Assembly (NCBI GenBank): GCA_964495075.1 | Contig: CAZBUJ010000023.1 | Span: 1,461-65,460 of the forward strand | Origin: an uncultured Phycisphaeraceae bacterium | Lineage (GTDB): Bacteria > Planctomycetota > Phycisphaerae > UBA1845 | Direction of reading: 5' to 3' | DNA: 64,000 bases | In this document: positions 1-8,622 of the stretch, piece after piece | How the letters are laid out: each line of letters begins with the position of its first letter | How positions within the stretch are numbered: position 1 is the first letter of the stretch | The notes under the pieces: model-generated | Database searches by the model: none | What the model saw: only the letters and a program-made list of their open reading frames with translations | What the model was told of the DNA's origin: nothing | Position numbers and translations under genes: made by a program

Positions 1-476
1 TCGACGCCGAGCGCGTCACTGACGATCCGAACCGTCCCGGTGACCCGTAGCGGCGGATCGGGGAAGAAGACGTCGCCGTTCGGCTCGATGGCCCCCTGGA
101 AGGCCGCCTCGTTCTCGATGTGAAGGTCGGTGACATAGACGTCGATCCGCACCAGCCCGAACAGGAACAAGTAGGTGAACTGCAAGGGGTCCCCGTCGAT
201 CGACAACGTGTGCACCAGGGCGTCGGTGTACGGCGGCTCGTAGAAGAGTGTCGCGGTGCTGGCACCGGTGGCGGCGGCCGTGTCCGTGTCGCTGCCGGAA
301 AGCGTGCCGAACAGGTCCGTCCCGATGACGATATCCATGCGCAGCGTCACCGCGGCGTCCGGAATCGTCTCGAGCAAAGCGGTGTCCTGGCCCAATGCCG
401 GACCGGCCAGCAGACATATCGCGGACATCAGAACGGCGATTGACAATCCGTGTCCCGCGGGTGGACGGCGAGTCAT
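1..476 (-). CDS. hypothetical secreted protein, N-terminal part (gene continues past left edge)
   Basis: ATG at 476-474 opens a minus-strand frame. I checked it codon by codon and it has no stop down to position 3. It is absent from the ORF track because it has no stop in the window. The translation MTRRPPAGHGLSIAVLMSAICLLAGPALGQD... starts like a signal peptide. No family recognised. Confidence 0.5.
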   Translation of the reverse strand, partial: MTRRPPAGHGLSIAVLMSAICLLAGPALGQDTALLETIPDAAVTLRMDIVIGTDLFGTLSGSDTDTAAATGASTATLFYEPPYTDALVHTLSIDGDPLQFTYLFLFGLVRIDVYVTDLHIENEAAFQGAIEPNGDVFFPDPPLRVTGTVRIVSDALGV

Positions 477-695
477 GCTTTTCCTCCTCCGTGGCGACCT
501 GTTCGTGCCCAGTTCCTGCCGGCCCCCATTATACCGGCGGTCCCGTGAAACCCGAAACGCGTTTTGTCCGCCACGCCGGCCCGGGTGACGACTGAGAGCG
601 AGTCCGGCTCAAGAGGAATCGGAGCGACGCCCGATAGACGAGTAGCGACGCCGGTGGCCTGCATCGGCGTGATCACGGCCCGGTCCAGGAGTCGA

Positions 696-1748
696 ATGAC
701 GACGGAAGTGCTGAGTACAACTCCGGCGGAGCGGGTGTTCGGATTCCTGTCGACGCGCCCGGAATACGGGTCAGCCGCGAAGGAGGCCAACTTTTATCGG
801 CTCGCGGACGCGCGGGCCCGCGGTGCGTTGACCGTCGACGCGTCGCCCGCCTATATCCGGTTCGAGACCCACGCCCGCTGCAATCTGCGGTGTTGCTGGG
901 CCCATCGGGCCCCCCACCATCCGGCGCTTCGCCCGCGGGGGGCGGCCGACCTGGACCTGGTCCACCGCGTGATCGATCAGGTCGCAGACCATCTGTACCA
1001 GGTCATGCTGGCCCATTGGGGTGAACCGACGATCAACAAGCAGCTACCCGCGATCGTGCGACTGTTCCACGCGGCCGGCATCTATACCACGTTCGACACG
1101 AACATGACGCTGATGACGCCGGAGTTAGCCTCGGCCCTGGTCGAGGCGGGGCTTGACCACATCAGCGCATCGATCGACGGCGTCACGCAAGAAACCTACG
1201 CCCAGTACCGGCGCAACGGGTGCGTGGAGAAAGCCCTCGCCGGGCTGCGTCATATCGTCGAGGCGAAACGCCGACTCGGTCGAACCACGCCGGTTCTTCG
1301 CTGGCAATACCTGGTGTTCAAGCACAACGAGCACGAATACGCCCGGGCCCGCGGGTTGGCGGGCGAGATCGGCGTGGACCGGTTCGACGCGTTCGGCGGC
1401 AGCGGGCGGTCGTGGTCGCCGGAGTCGGGGTTCGTGGATTCCGCGTCCCCACCACCGCGACCGAACGGCCTGTTGTGTTCCGATCCGTGGACCTACCTGG
1501 CCGTCGACTGGGACGGCGCGGTGCATCTGTGCTGCAAGGCGTTCGCGGCCCGCGACGTGATGGGCCATATGGACGAGCACGACCTGCCCACGATCTTCGA
1601 CAACCACCGATTCCAACTCGCCCGCCGCGTGATCCGCGACGGGGAGTGGGCACCCCAAGAAGGACGAATACCTTGCACGGGGTGCAATCGCGTCAAGTTC
1701 TTCGCGCCACCCATCGCAAGACTCGGGCACACGCTGACGGTGGACTAG
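696..1748 (+). CDS. radical SAM / SPASM-like domain protein
   Basis: ORF track 564..1748. I prefer ATG 696, which is preceded by AGGAG (687-691). Motifs: FETHARCNLRCCW cluster region, DTNMTLM and ISASIDG core motifs, and a Cys-rich C-terminus (CSDPW..HLCCKAF..CTGCN). Confidence 0.8.
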   Translation: MTTEVLSTTPAERVFGFLSTRPEYGSAAKEANFYRLADARARGALTVDASPAYIRFETHARCNLRCCWAHRAPHHPALRPRGAADLDLVHRVIDQVADHLYQVMLAHWGEPTINKQLPAIVRLFHAAGIYTTFDTNMTLMTPELASALVEAGLDHISASIDGVTQETYAQYRRNGCVEKALAGLRHIVEAKRRLGRTTPVLRWQYLVFKHNEHEYARARGLAGEIGVDRFDAFGGSGRSWSPESGFVDSASPPPRPNGLLCSDPWTYLAVDWDGAVHLCCKAFAARDVMGHMDEHDLPTIFDNHRFQLARRVIRDGEWAPQEGRIPCTGCNRVKFFAPPIARLGHTLTVD

Positions 1749-2068
1749 GTAATTACTAATTACCAATTACTAATTACGAATGAGGCGTCGCGGGCGGACA
1801 ACTACTGGCATGGCGCGCGTCTTACCAGTGATTGTTATTCGTTCGTGAGAATGTCACCACACCCCACGTGGATCATGATACGCACGCGCGCCGGAGAAAA
1901 CCGCACGCACCCGAACAAACCGGACGCCCAATACGCCTCTTGAGTAATTATTGACCTTTGAATGGACAAAGCAACGCTGCCAGGGCGTCCGGACCCGCCT
2001 GGAAGGGTCCTTTCGGGGTTCTACCTGTTGCTTTGGCCATTCAATCCTCAATAGTAATCAGTAATTCA
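1749..2068. repeat. composite AT-rich heptamer (AATTACT)n inverted-repeat element filling the radical-SAM/kdsA convergent gap
   Basis: Left arm AATTACT AATTACC AATTACT AATTACG AATGAGG (1751-1785). An internal reversed arm at 1933-1953 is the reverse complement of CAATAATTACTCAAGAGGCGT. The right arm at 2046-2066 is the reverse complement of AATTACT GATTACT ATTGAGG. A GC-rich 17/18-bp hairpin (1958-1975 / 2027-2044) lies inside. Confidence 0.85.
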
Positions 2069-2893
2069 AGCTTGCGTCGCCGCTTCGTACACGCGCTTGC
2101 AGCGGCTCAGCATGCGCTCGAGATCGTCGAGCGGGTACACCGTCGCCGGGTCGGATCTTGCGTGCTCGGGGTCGTCGTGGACCTCGAGGAACAGCGCGTT
2201 GGCGCCGGCGGCGAGGGCGGCGAGGGCCAGCGGTTCGACGAACTGTCGCGCCCCTCCGCTTCGCGTGCCGGCCCCCCCCGGTTGCTGGCAACTATGGGTG
2301 GCGTCGAAGACGACCGGCGCGAACTTCCGCATCCGCGGGATGCAGGTCATGTCGTTGACCAGCCGGTTGTAGCCGAAGAACGTGCCACGGTCGGTCAGCA
2401 ACACGTTGCGGTTGCCGGTGGAGGCGATCTTCCCCACCACGTTGCTCATCTCCTCCGGTGACATGAACTGGCCCTTCTTCACGTTCACGCACCTGCCGGT
2501 CCGCCCGGCCGCCAGCAGCAGGTCGGTCTGTCGGCACAGAAACGCCGGCACTTGGAGGCAGTCGAGCACCTCGCCGGCCGGGCCCGCCTGCTCCGGGGTG
2601 TGCACGTCGGACAGCACCGGGATGTTCAGCTCGCGGCGGACCTCGGCGAGGATGGGCAGGCCGTCGGCCAGACCCGGACCGCGAAAGCTGTCCACGCTCG
2701 ACCGGTTGGCCTTATCGTAACTGGCCTTGAAGATGAACGGGATGCCGAGCCGCCGGGCGATCCGGCCGATCGCGTCAGCCATCCGCAACGTGTGATCGCG
2801 GGTCTCGATCACGCACGGGCCCGCGATCAGGGCCAGTGGCTGACCGCCGCCGATCCCGATGTCCGCGAGTTGGGTTGTGTTGATCGTGTTCAT
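2066..2893 (-). CDS. kdsA: 3-deoxy-8-phosphooctulonate (KDO8P) synthase
   Basis: 275 aa with LIAGPCVIE, FKASYDKANRSS and FDATHSCQ motifs typical of KdsA. Confidence 0.95.
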   Translation of the reverse strand: MNTINTTQLADIGIGGGQPLALIAGPCVIETRDHTLRMADAIGRIARRLGIPFIFKASYDKANRSSVDSFRGPGLADGLPILAEVRRELNIPVLSDVHTPEQAGPAGEVLDCLQVPAFLCRQTDLLLAAGRTGRCVNVKKGQFMSPEEMSNVVGKIASTGNRNVLLTDRGTFFGYNRLVNDMTCIPRMRKFAPVVFDATHSCQQPGGAGTRSGGARQFVEPLALAALAAGANALFLEVHDDPEHARSDPATVYPLDDLERMLSRCKRVYEAATQA

Positions 2894-3249
2894 GGGCGAG
2901 CCGATGATTGGAACAAAACGCGGGTCGGGCTCGGCCCGACGCTGGGATCGCCGCCGGACGATCCACGCCGCACGTCAGCCGCAAGGTCGGGGAGGTCGAA
3001 TGGCCATCACACGTATGCGACAAACCGTTCTTCGTACCGCTTCCGCCGCCTCCAGAGGCGGGCGGAGCCCGACCTACCTCCTGTCGCACGACGATGCTGC
3101 CCGTTGTTCGTAACCGCGTCGCCGCCGCGGTGCAAGCAACTACCCCGGAAACGGTACGCCGTGGGCAACGCTTCGTCAAACGGCGCACCGCGATGCCTGC
3201 GGTACTACCACCCGACCGCTTCGCCGTGTTGTAGTCTGGGGGAACGACG

Positions 3250-4728
3250 TCAGCCGAACAGGCCTTCGTCGGACGACGCGGGTGGCATGTCTGAATCACT
3301 GCTCTGCCGGGTTCGCCTGGCGGACGTCTTTTTCTTGCGGGCTTTCTTCGCCAGCGGCGGGCGGCGGCCCTGGGCGACCTCCTCTTCGAACGTGCGCTTG
3401 CGGCGCAGGATGTGGTGATAGTGCTGGGCGAACCGGTGAGCCTCGTCCCGGACCTGTTGCAGCAGCCGCAGGGCCTCGTTGTTGCGGGCCAGCCGCACCG
3501 GGGCCGACCGAGCCTGCACGAAGACCTCCTCCTCCCGCTTGGCCAGCGAGATGACCATCGGCGGGCGGATATCCATGTCGGCGAAGGCCTCCATGGCCGC
3601 GTGCAGTTGGCCCAATCCGCCGTCGATCAGGATCACGTCGGGGTAGAGCTCCTCGCCGGAGGCCGCGTAACGGTAGCGCCGGCCCACCACCTCGCGGATC
3701 ATCGCGTAGTCGTCCTGCCCTTCGACGCTGCGGATGCGGAACCGCTTGTAGCCCGGCTTGAACGGCTTGCCGTCCACGAAGCAGACCAGCGAGCCGACCG
3801 ACTCGTCGCCTTGCAGGTTGGCGATGTCGATGCCCTCGAGAGTCCGCGGCGGATCTTCCAGGCCGAGCAATTCCCCGAGCTTTCGCAGCCCTTCCGCCGG
3901 ATCGACGAAGAACACCTCCGGCTGCACGTGGGTGCCGGGCGTGCCGGACAGCGAGAGCGACTGGATCGCCTTGATGCGGTCGCGGACGACGGCCGCGTCT
4001 TCGAACCGCAGTTCGGCAGCGGCCTGCTCCATCTCCGTCTGCATCTGCCGGAGCACAACCGAGCGCTTGGACGCCATGAACCGTTTCAACCGGTCGATGT
4101 CCTTGCGGTACGCGTCGCGGCCGATGCGGTCGGCGCAGGGGGCGGTACAGCGTTTGATCGAGTGGAGCAGGCAGGGGCGGAAAAACCGCCGGCTCGGGTC
4201 GTCGGCCCGGATGTCGAGTTCGCAGGTTCGGAACCGGAAGACCTTTTGCAGGGCGTTGAGGGCCTCGCGGACGGCGTAGGCGCTGACGAAGGGGCCGTAG
4301 AGCTTGGAGCCGCGGGCCCGCGGCTTGCGGGTGACGAAGACACCGGGGAAGTCCTCGCTGGTGGTGATTTCGATGTACGGGAAGGTCTTGTCGTCGCGGA
4401 GCTGGGCGTTGAACGGCGGCTGGATGTCCTTGATGAGGCGGCTCTCCTGGAGGAGGGCGTCGACCTCGGTCTCCGCGTCGAGGAAGTCGATGTCCTGAAC
4501 GAGCGTCACCATGCGGGCGATTTCCGGCCCGCGGGTGTTGAGCAGGTCGGCCGAGTCCTGGAAGTAACTGCTGACCCGTGCCCGAAGGTCCTTGGCCTTG
4601 CCGACATAGAGCACGCGGCCGGAGCTGTCCTTCATTAGATAGACGCCCGGCGCCTTGGGGAAGTTGGCGATCCGCTCGCGCAGCCGCAGCACGCGCCGAT
4701 CGGCGTTGACCGACGCACTCTCCGCCAT
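3250..4728 (-). CDS. uvrC: excinuclease ABC subunit C, lacking the C-terminal HhH domain
   Basis: ORF track 3250..4869; start moved to ATG 4728 (MAESASV..). GIY-YIG motif GVYLMKDSSGRVLYVGKAKDLRARVSSYF, UVR-domain helix (RFEDAAVVRDRIKAIQ), and endonuclease-domain end DEAHRFAQHYH. It then ends in a basic tail. Confidence 0.9.
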   Translation of the reverse strand: MAESASVNADRRVLRLRERIANFPKAPGVYLMKDSSGRVLYVGKAKDLRARVSSYFQDSADLLNTRGPEIARMVTLVQDIDFLDAETEVDALLQESRLIKDIQPPFNAQLRDDKTFPYIEITTSEDFPGVFVTRKPRARGSKLYGPFVSAYAVREALNALQKVFRFRTCELDIRADDPSRRFFRPCLLHSIKRCTAPCADRIGRDAYRKDIDRLKRFMASKRSVVLRQMQTEMEQAAAELRFEDAAVVRDRIKAIQSLSLSGTPGTHVQPEVFFVDPAEGLRKLGELLGLEDPPRTLEGIDIANLQGDESVGSLVCFVDGKPFKPGYKRFRIRSVEGQDDYAMIREVVGRRYRYAASGEELYPDVILIDGGLGQLHAAMEAFADMDIRPPMVISLAKREEEVFVQARSAPVRLARNNEALRLLQQVRDEAHRFAQHYHHILRRKRTFEEEVAQGRRPPLAKKARKKKTSARRTRQSSDSDMPPASSDEGLFG

Positions 4729-4953
4729 ACCCGGCGGTGTCTCCGGCGTCGCATCACTCCTGGGTACCGGTTCGTGGGCCTTCACGCAGGTTATTCTACG
4801 CGCGATCCGCCAAACGGACAGCCACCGACTCCAACCGAAAAGCACGGCGCCCGGTCCTCCGCGCCGCACAGCGTGGCGCGGCGCCGCCCCCAGCCGGGCC
4901 GGCGCCTCATTCGTAAATTCGTGATTCGCAATACCCTCCCGCCCCGCTACAAT

Positions 4954-4975
4954 AGTTTCAATTCAGATTGAAACT
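4954..4975. promoter_or_regulatory. candidate operator: perfect 9-bp inverted repeat AGTTTCAAT-TCAG-ATTGAAACT
   Basis: An AT-rich perfect palindrome in the uvrC/regulator divergent gap, ending 15 nt before the GTG start of the wHTH regulator gene (4990). Confidence 0.35.
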
Positions 4976-4989
4976 TCCGGAGCGCTACC

Positions 4990-5535
4990 GTGCCCCCCTC
5001 CCGTTACCGCCAATCCCGAGAGCTTTTCGTCCGCCGCTGGGGCGAAATGGGCGCGACCTGGGGCATCAGCCGGACAATGGCCGAGATTCACGCCCTGCTC
5101 TTCACGGCCACCGAGCCGCTGTGCACCGACGACGTGATGGAGGCGTTGAACATCTCGCGGGGTAACGCGAGCATGAACCTCCGGCATTTGCTGAACTGGG
5201 GGCTGATCCACCGGGTGCATTCCCGCGGCGACCGCAAAATCTACTTCGAAGCGGAGCACGATGTCTGGCAGATGTTCCGGATCATCAGCCGGGAGCGGCA
5301 GCGGCGGGAGGTCGAGCCGATCCTCGAGACGATCGAGCGCTGCCAGTCGATGGTGGGCAAGCCATCGCACCTGCTCGAACCGGACGAGCGGGAGCAGGCC
5401 CGGACCTTCGCCCACCGGTTGGCGGAGATGAACGAGTTCCTGCGGATCACGAACACGGCGTCGGACTTGCTGTCGAAGGCGGGCAAGGGGGGGATTCGGA
5501 GGGTGTTGAAGTTGCTCACGAAGGCGATCGGGTGA
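4990..5535 (+). CDS. winged-helix transcriptional regulator (GbsR/MarR-like)
   Basis: 181 aa with a GTG start. The segment GISRTMAEIHALLF..DDVMEALNISRGNASMNLRHLLNWGLIHRV matches the GbsR/MarR-type wHTH pattern. Confidence 0.75.
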   Translation: MPPSRYRQSRELFVRRWGEMGATWGISRTMAEIHALLFTATEPLCTDDVMEALNISRGNASMNLRHLLNWGLIHRVHSRGDRKIYFEAEHDVWQMFRIISRERQRREVEPILETIERCQSMVGKPSHLLEPDEREQARTFAHRLAEMNEFLRITNTASDLLSKAGKGGIRRVLKLLTKAIG

Positions 5536-5628
5536 GAGTCACCGACTGCCAATGACGGCGTTTATAGACCTTGGAAGAGGTTCCGTCGGCCGTTCCGGGC
5601 GTGCTCGCTCGGTTCCGCGCCCGCCCGG

Positions 5629-6339
5629 TCACCGGCGGTCCGCCGCGCCGGCGGCACCACCCCCACCGCCGCCCGCCCGGTTGGCGATCTGATTAATATG
5701 CTCGACCAGCCGGTCGACGACCTCGGAAATGGTCATTGCCGTCGTGTCGATCCGGATCGCCGCACCGGGTTCGTGGAGGGCGGCCCACTGGCGGGCGTCG
5801 TTGGCGTCGCGGGCGGCGAGGTTTTCGCGGACGAAGTCGAGATCGACGTCCTCGCCGTCGGCCAGCATTTCGGCGTGACGGCGCTCCGCCCGCTTGTGCA
5901 GGGACGCTTCCATCACGAACTTCGCGTCGGCGTGGGGAAAGACCACGGTGCCCTGGTCACGGCCCTCGGTGACCAGCGAGCCCAACTCGCGGCCGATCGC
6001 CTGCTGCTTGGCGACCATGAGGTCACGGATCGGCTGGTTCCGGGCCACCGGCGAGGTATGCTCGTTGACCCGCATCGAACGGATGGCCTCGCTCACGTCG
6101 CGCCCGTCCGCCCGGACGCGACAGTGCGTCGGGCCGCAGTCCAGTTCCAGGTTGATGCGGCGGGCCACATCCAGCAATGCGTCCGGATCGTCAAAATCGA
6201 CGCCTTGCTCGAGGGCCGCGTGGGCAACGGCCCGGTACATGGCCCCCGTGTCGAGATAAGGGATTTCCAGCCGGGCGGCCAGCTTGCGGGCAGCGGTGGA
6301 TTTGCCGGATCCAGCGGAGCCGTCGATGGTGATGATCAT
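5629..6339 (-). CDS. cmk: cytidylate kinase
   Basis: ORF track 5629..6510, trimmed to ATG 6339 (MIITIDGSAGSGKST P-loop). Also LEIPYLDTGAMYRA. Confidence 0.92.
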   Translation of the reverse strand: MIITIDGSAGSGKSTAARKLAARLEIPYLDTGAMYRAVAHAALEQGVDFDDPDALLDVARRINLELDCGPTHCRVRADGRDVSEAIRSMRVNEHTSPVARNQPIRDLMVAKQQAIGRELGSLVTEGRDQGTVVFPHADAKFVMEASLHKRAERRHAEMLADGEDVDLDFVRENLAARDANDARQWAALHEPGAAIRIDTTAMTISEVVDRLVEHINQIANRAGGGGGGAAGAADRR

Positions 6340-6524
6340 GGCGGGATTATGACGCGCAGGCACGGGCGGCGGCAAGGCGACGAATAGGCGAGTGCGAATC
6401 GCGAATGGCGAAAGGGGGCGGGCGGACGGTCGTTGGATGGGGGCGTCCCTGGCGTGGATTGCATTTGACCGCTTTGGCGGGTTGGAGTATGGGCTACTGA
6501 GCGGCGTCACTGGGAGGAACGACT

Positions 6525-7517
6525 ATGAGCGCAACCGATGGGTGGTACTACGTCAGGGGGACCGAAACGGTCGGGCCGTTGAGTCGGGAGGAGCTCGTCC
6601 GGCAGTTGCCGGGCGCGGGGGGGCTGGATGCGGTAGTATACGGCCCCAACACGGCCGATTGGACCAAGGCCCGGCATATCGCCTCTCTGGCGACAGATCT
6701 GCAGGGATCGGCCGGGCCACCCCCGGCCCCATCGAGCCGCCGCCTGACCGCCGACGAGATCGACTACGAGATCTTCGGGGACGACATGCAGTTCGTGGAG
6801 ATCACCCTGGATCCCGACGAGGTGGTCGTGGCCGAGGCCGGGGCCATGATGTATATGACCCGCGGAATCGAGATGCAGACCGTCTTCGGCGATCCGTCCA
6901 AGCAGCAGGGGATGCTGGGAAAGCTGCTGGACGCCGGCCGCCGCATGATCACCGGCGAATCGCTCTTCTTGACCACGTTTGGGGCGACTGGGGTCCAGCG
7001 GGAGCAGGTGGCGTTCGCCGCCCCCTACCCCGGGAAGATCATTCCGGTCGACGTGGCGGAGGTGGGCGGCGAGATCCTCTGCCAGAAAGCGGCGTTTCTG
7101 TGTGCGGCCCGTGGGGTCCAGATCGGCATCGCGTTTCAAAAGCGGATTGGGGCCGGCCTGTTCGGCGGCGAGGGGTTCATCCTCCAGCGGATCCAGGGGG
7201 ACGGGTTTGCGTTCCTCCACGCGGGCGGGACGATCATCAGGAAAGAGCTGGCTCCCGGTGAGCGGCTGCGGCTCGACACGGGCTGCCTGGTCGCCTTTCA
7301 GCCCTCCGTGTCCTACGACATCCAGTTGGCCGGCGGGATCAAAACCTCCCTGTTCGGCGGTGAAGGCCTGTTCCTCGCCACCCTGACGGGCCCGGGCACG
7401 GTGTGGCTCCAGTCGCTGCCATTCGCCCGGCTGGCCGGCCGTATCGCCGGCACGTTTGCCAAGAAGAAGGGCGAGGGCTCGGTCCTGGGGGGCCTGGGCA
7501 ACTTGTTCGAGGACTAG
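6525..7517 (+). CDS. GYF_2-domain / AIM24 (TIGR00266-type) fusion protein
   Basis: N-terminus WYYVRGTETVGPLSREELVRQL..ADWTKA resembles a GYF_2/DUF4339 domain. The remainder (DYEIFGDDMQFVEITLDPDEVVVAEAGAMMYM...) resembles the AIM24/TIGR00266 family. Confidence 0.8.
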   Translation: MSATDGWYYVRGTETVGPLSREELVRQLPGAGGLDAVVYGPNTADWTKARHIASLATDLQGSAGPPPAPSSRRLTADEIDYEIFGDDMQFVEITLDPDEVVVAEAGAMMYMTRGIEMQTVFGDPSKQQGMLGKLLDAGRRMITGESLFLTTFGATGVQREQVAFAAPYPGKIIPVDVAEVGGEILCQKAAFLCAARGVQIGIAFQKRIGAGLFGGEGFILQRIQGDGFAFLHAGGTIIRKELAPGERLRLDTGCLVAFQPSVSYDIQLAGGIKTSLFGGEGLFLATLTGPGTVWLQSLPFARLAGRIAGTFAKKKGEGSVLGGLGNLFED

Positions 7518-7806
7518 CGGCGGAACCTGGCGGGCGGGCGACGGGCGTTTTGTCCCGTTCGGCAGCGGCGGTTCATGGGGGCCGTTCATGACGGCCGTTG
7601 GCCGACCGCGCGAACCGAGAAAACCATGTCTGGCATGCCTGCGGGCGGCGCAATCTGCGCCGGGTACTCCTGTGGGTGTGGTACGGTTACGGGTGGGTGC
7701 TCCGGCTTGGTGAGTGCGGGTTTTCGGGGGTCGACGCCGCGGGCGGACCGGCCGCGGATTCGCCGGGCTGGACAGTGTTCAGGGCCGGATGCACACTACC
7801 CGGTCC

Positions 7807-8622
7807 ATGGACATGATCATCGCCGACAAGCTGGTCAAAGACTTCCCCACCCCGAACGGCAGCGTGAAGCGGGCGGTGAACGAGTTGAGCTTTCGCGTGC
7901 GCGAAGGGCAGATGTACGGGCTGCTCGGCCCGAACGGGGCCGGCAAAACCACCACGCTGCGGATGCTGAGCGGCCTGATGTCACCGACCGCCGGGCGCGC
8001 GATCATGGCGGGGTGCGACGTGTCGGACGACCCGATGGCGGTCAAGCGCAGCATCGGCTTCCTGACGGCCAACACGGGGTTGTACCAGCGGCTGTCGACG
8101 CGGGAGCTACTCACGTTCTTCGCGGAACTCCACGGCCTGAGCAACCATCACGCCCGGCAGCGGGTGAATCATCTACTCGACTGGCTCGACATGCAGTCGT
8201 TCGCCGATCATCGGTGCGGCGGGCTGTCGACCGGGCAGAAGCAGCGCACCAATATCGCCCGGGCCCTGGTGGCGGATCCCCCGATTCTGATTCTGGATGA
8301 ACCGACCCTCGGGCTCGACGTGCTGAGCAATCGGGTCATCCTGGACTTCATCGTTCGCGAGCGGGAGGTGGGCAAAACGGTGCTGCTGTCGACGCACTAC
8401 CTTCACGAGGCGGAATCGATGTGCGACGTGGTCGGCCTGTTGCACAACGGCGCGCTGGTGGCGGAAGGCAGCGTGCCCGAACTCCTGGCCCAGACGCAGG
8501 AGGAACACCTGAACGACGCCTTCCTCAAGATCATCGGCGAATCCGAAACCGTATTGCCGCCTGAGCAATACGCGTCCGAACCGGCACGGCAGGCGGGCGC
8601 CCCGGATTCCTTGGCGCCATGA
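7807..8622 (+). CDS. ABC transporter ATP-binding protein
   Basis: ORF track 7714..8622, trimmed to ATG 7807. Walker A GPNGAGKTTT, signature LSTGQKQR, Walker B ILILDEP. The stop overlaps the next start (ATGA at 8619-8622). Confidence 0.9.
   Translation: MDMIIADKLVKDFPTPNGSVKRAVNELSFRVREGQMYGLLGPNGAGKTTTLRMLSGLMSPTAGRAIMAGCDVSDDPMAVKRSIGFLTANTGLYQRLSTRELLTFFAELHGLSNHHARQRVNHLLDWLDMQSFADHRCGGLSTGQKQRTNIARALVADPPILILDEPTLGLDVLSNRVILDFIVREREVGKTVLLSTHYLHEAESMCDVVGLLHNGALVAEGSVPELLAQTQEEHLNDAFLKIIGESETVLPPEQYASEPARQAGAPDSLAP

Noticed and set aside
1854-2051. 65-aa minus-strand ORF inside the cargo of the composite element, considered as a decayed four-helix-bundle gene.
   Set aside because: It has no resemblance to the 4HB consensus in this or, as far as I could translate by eye, the other frames, and its composition looks non-coding.
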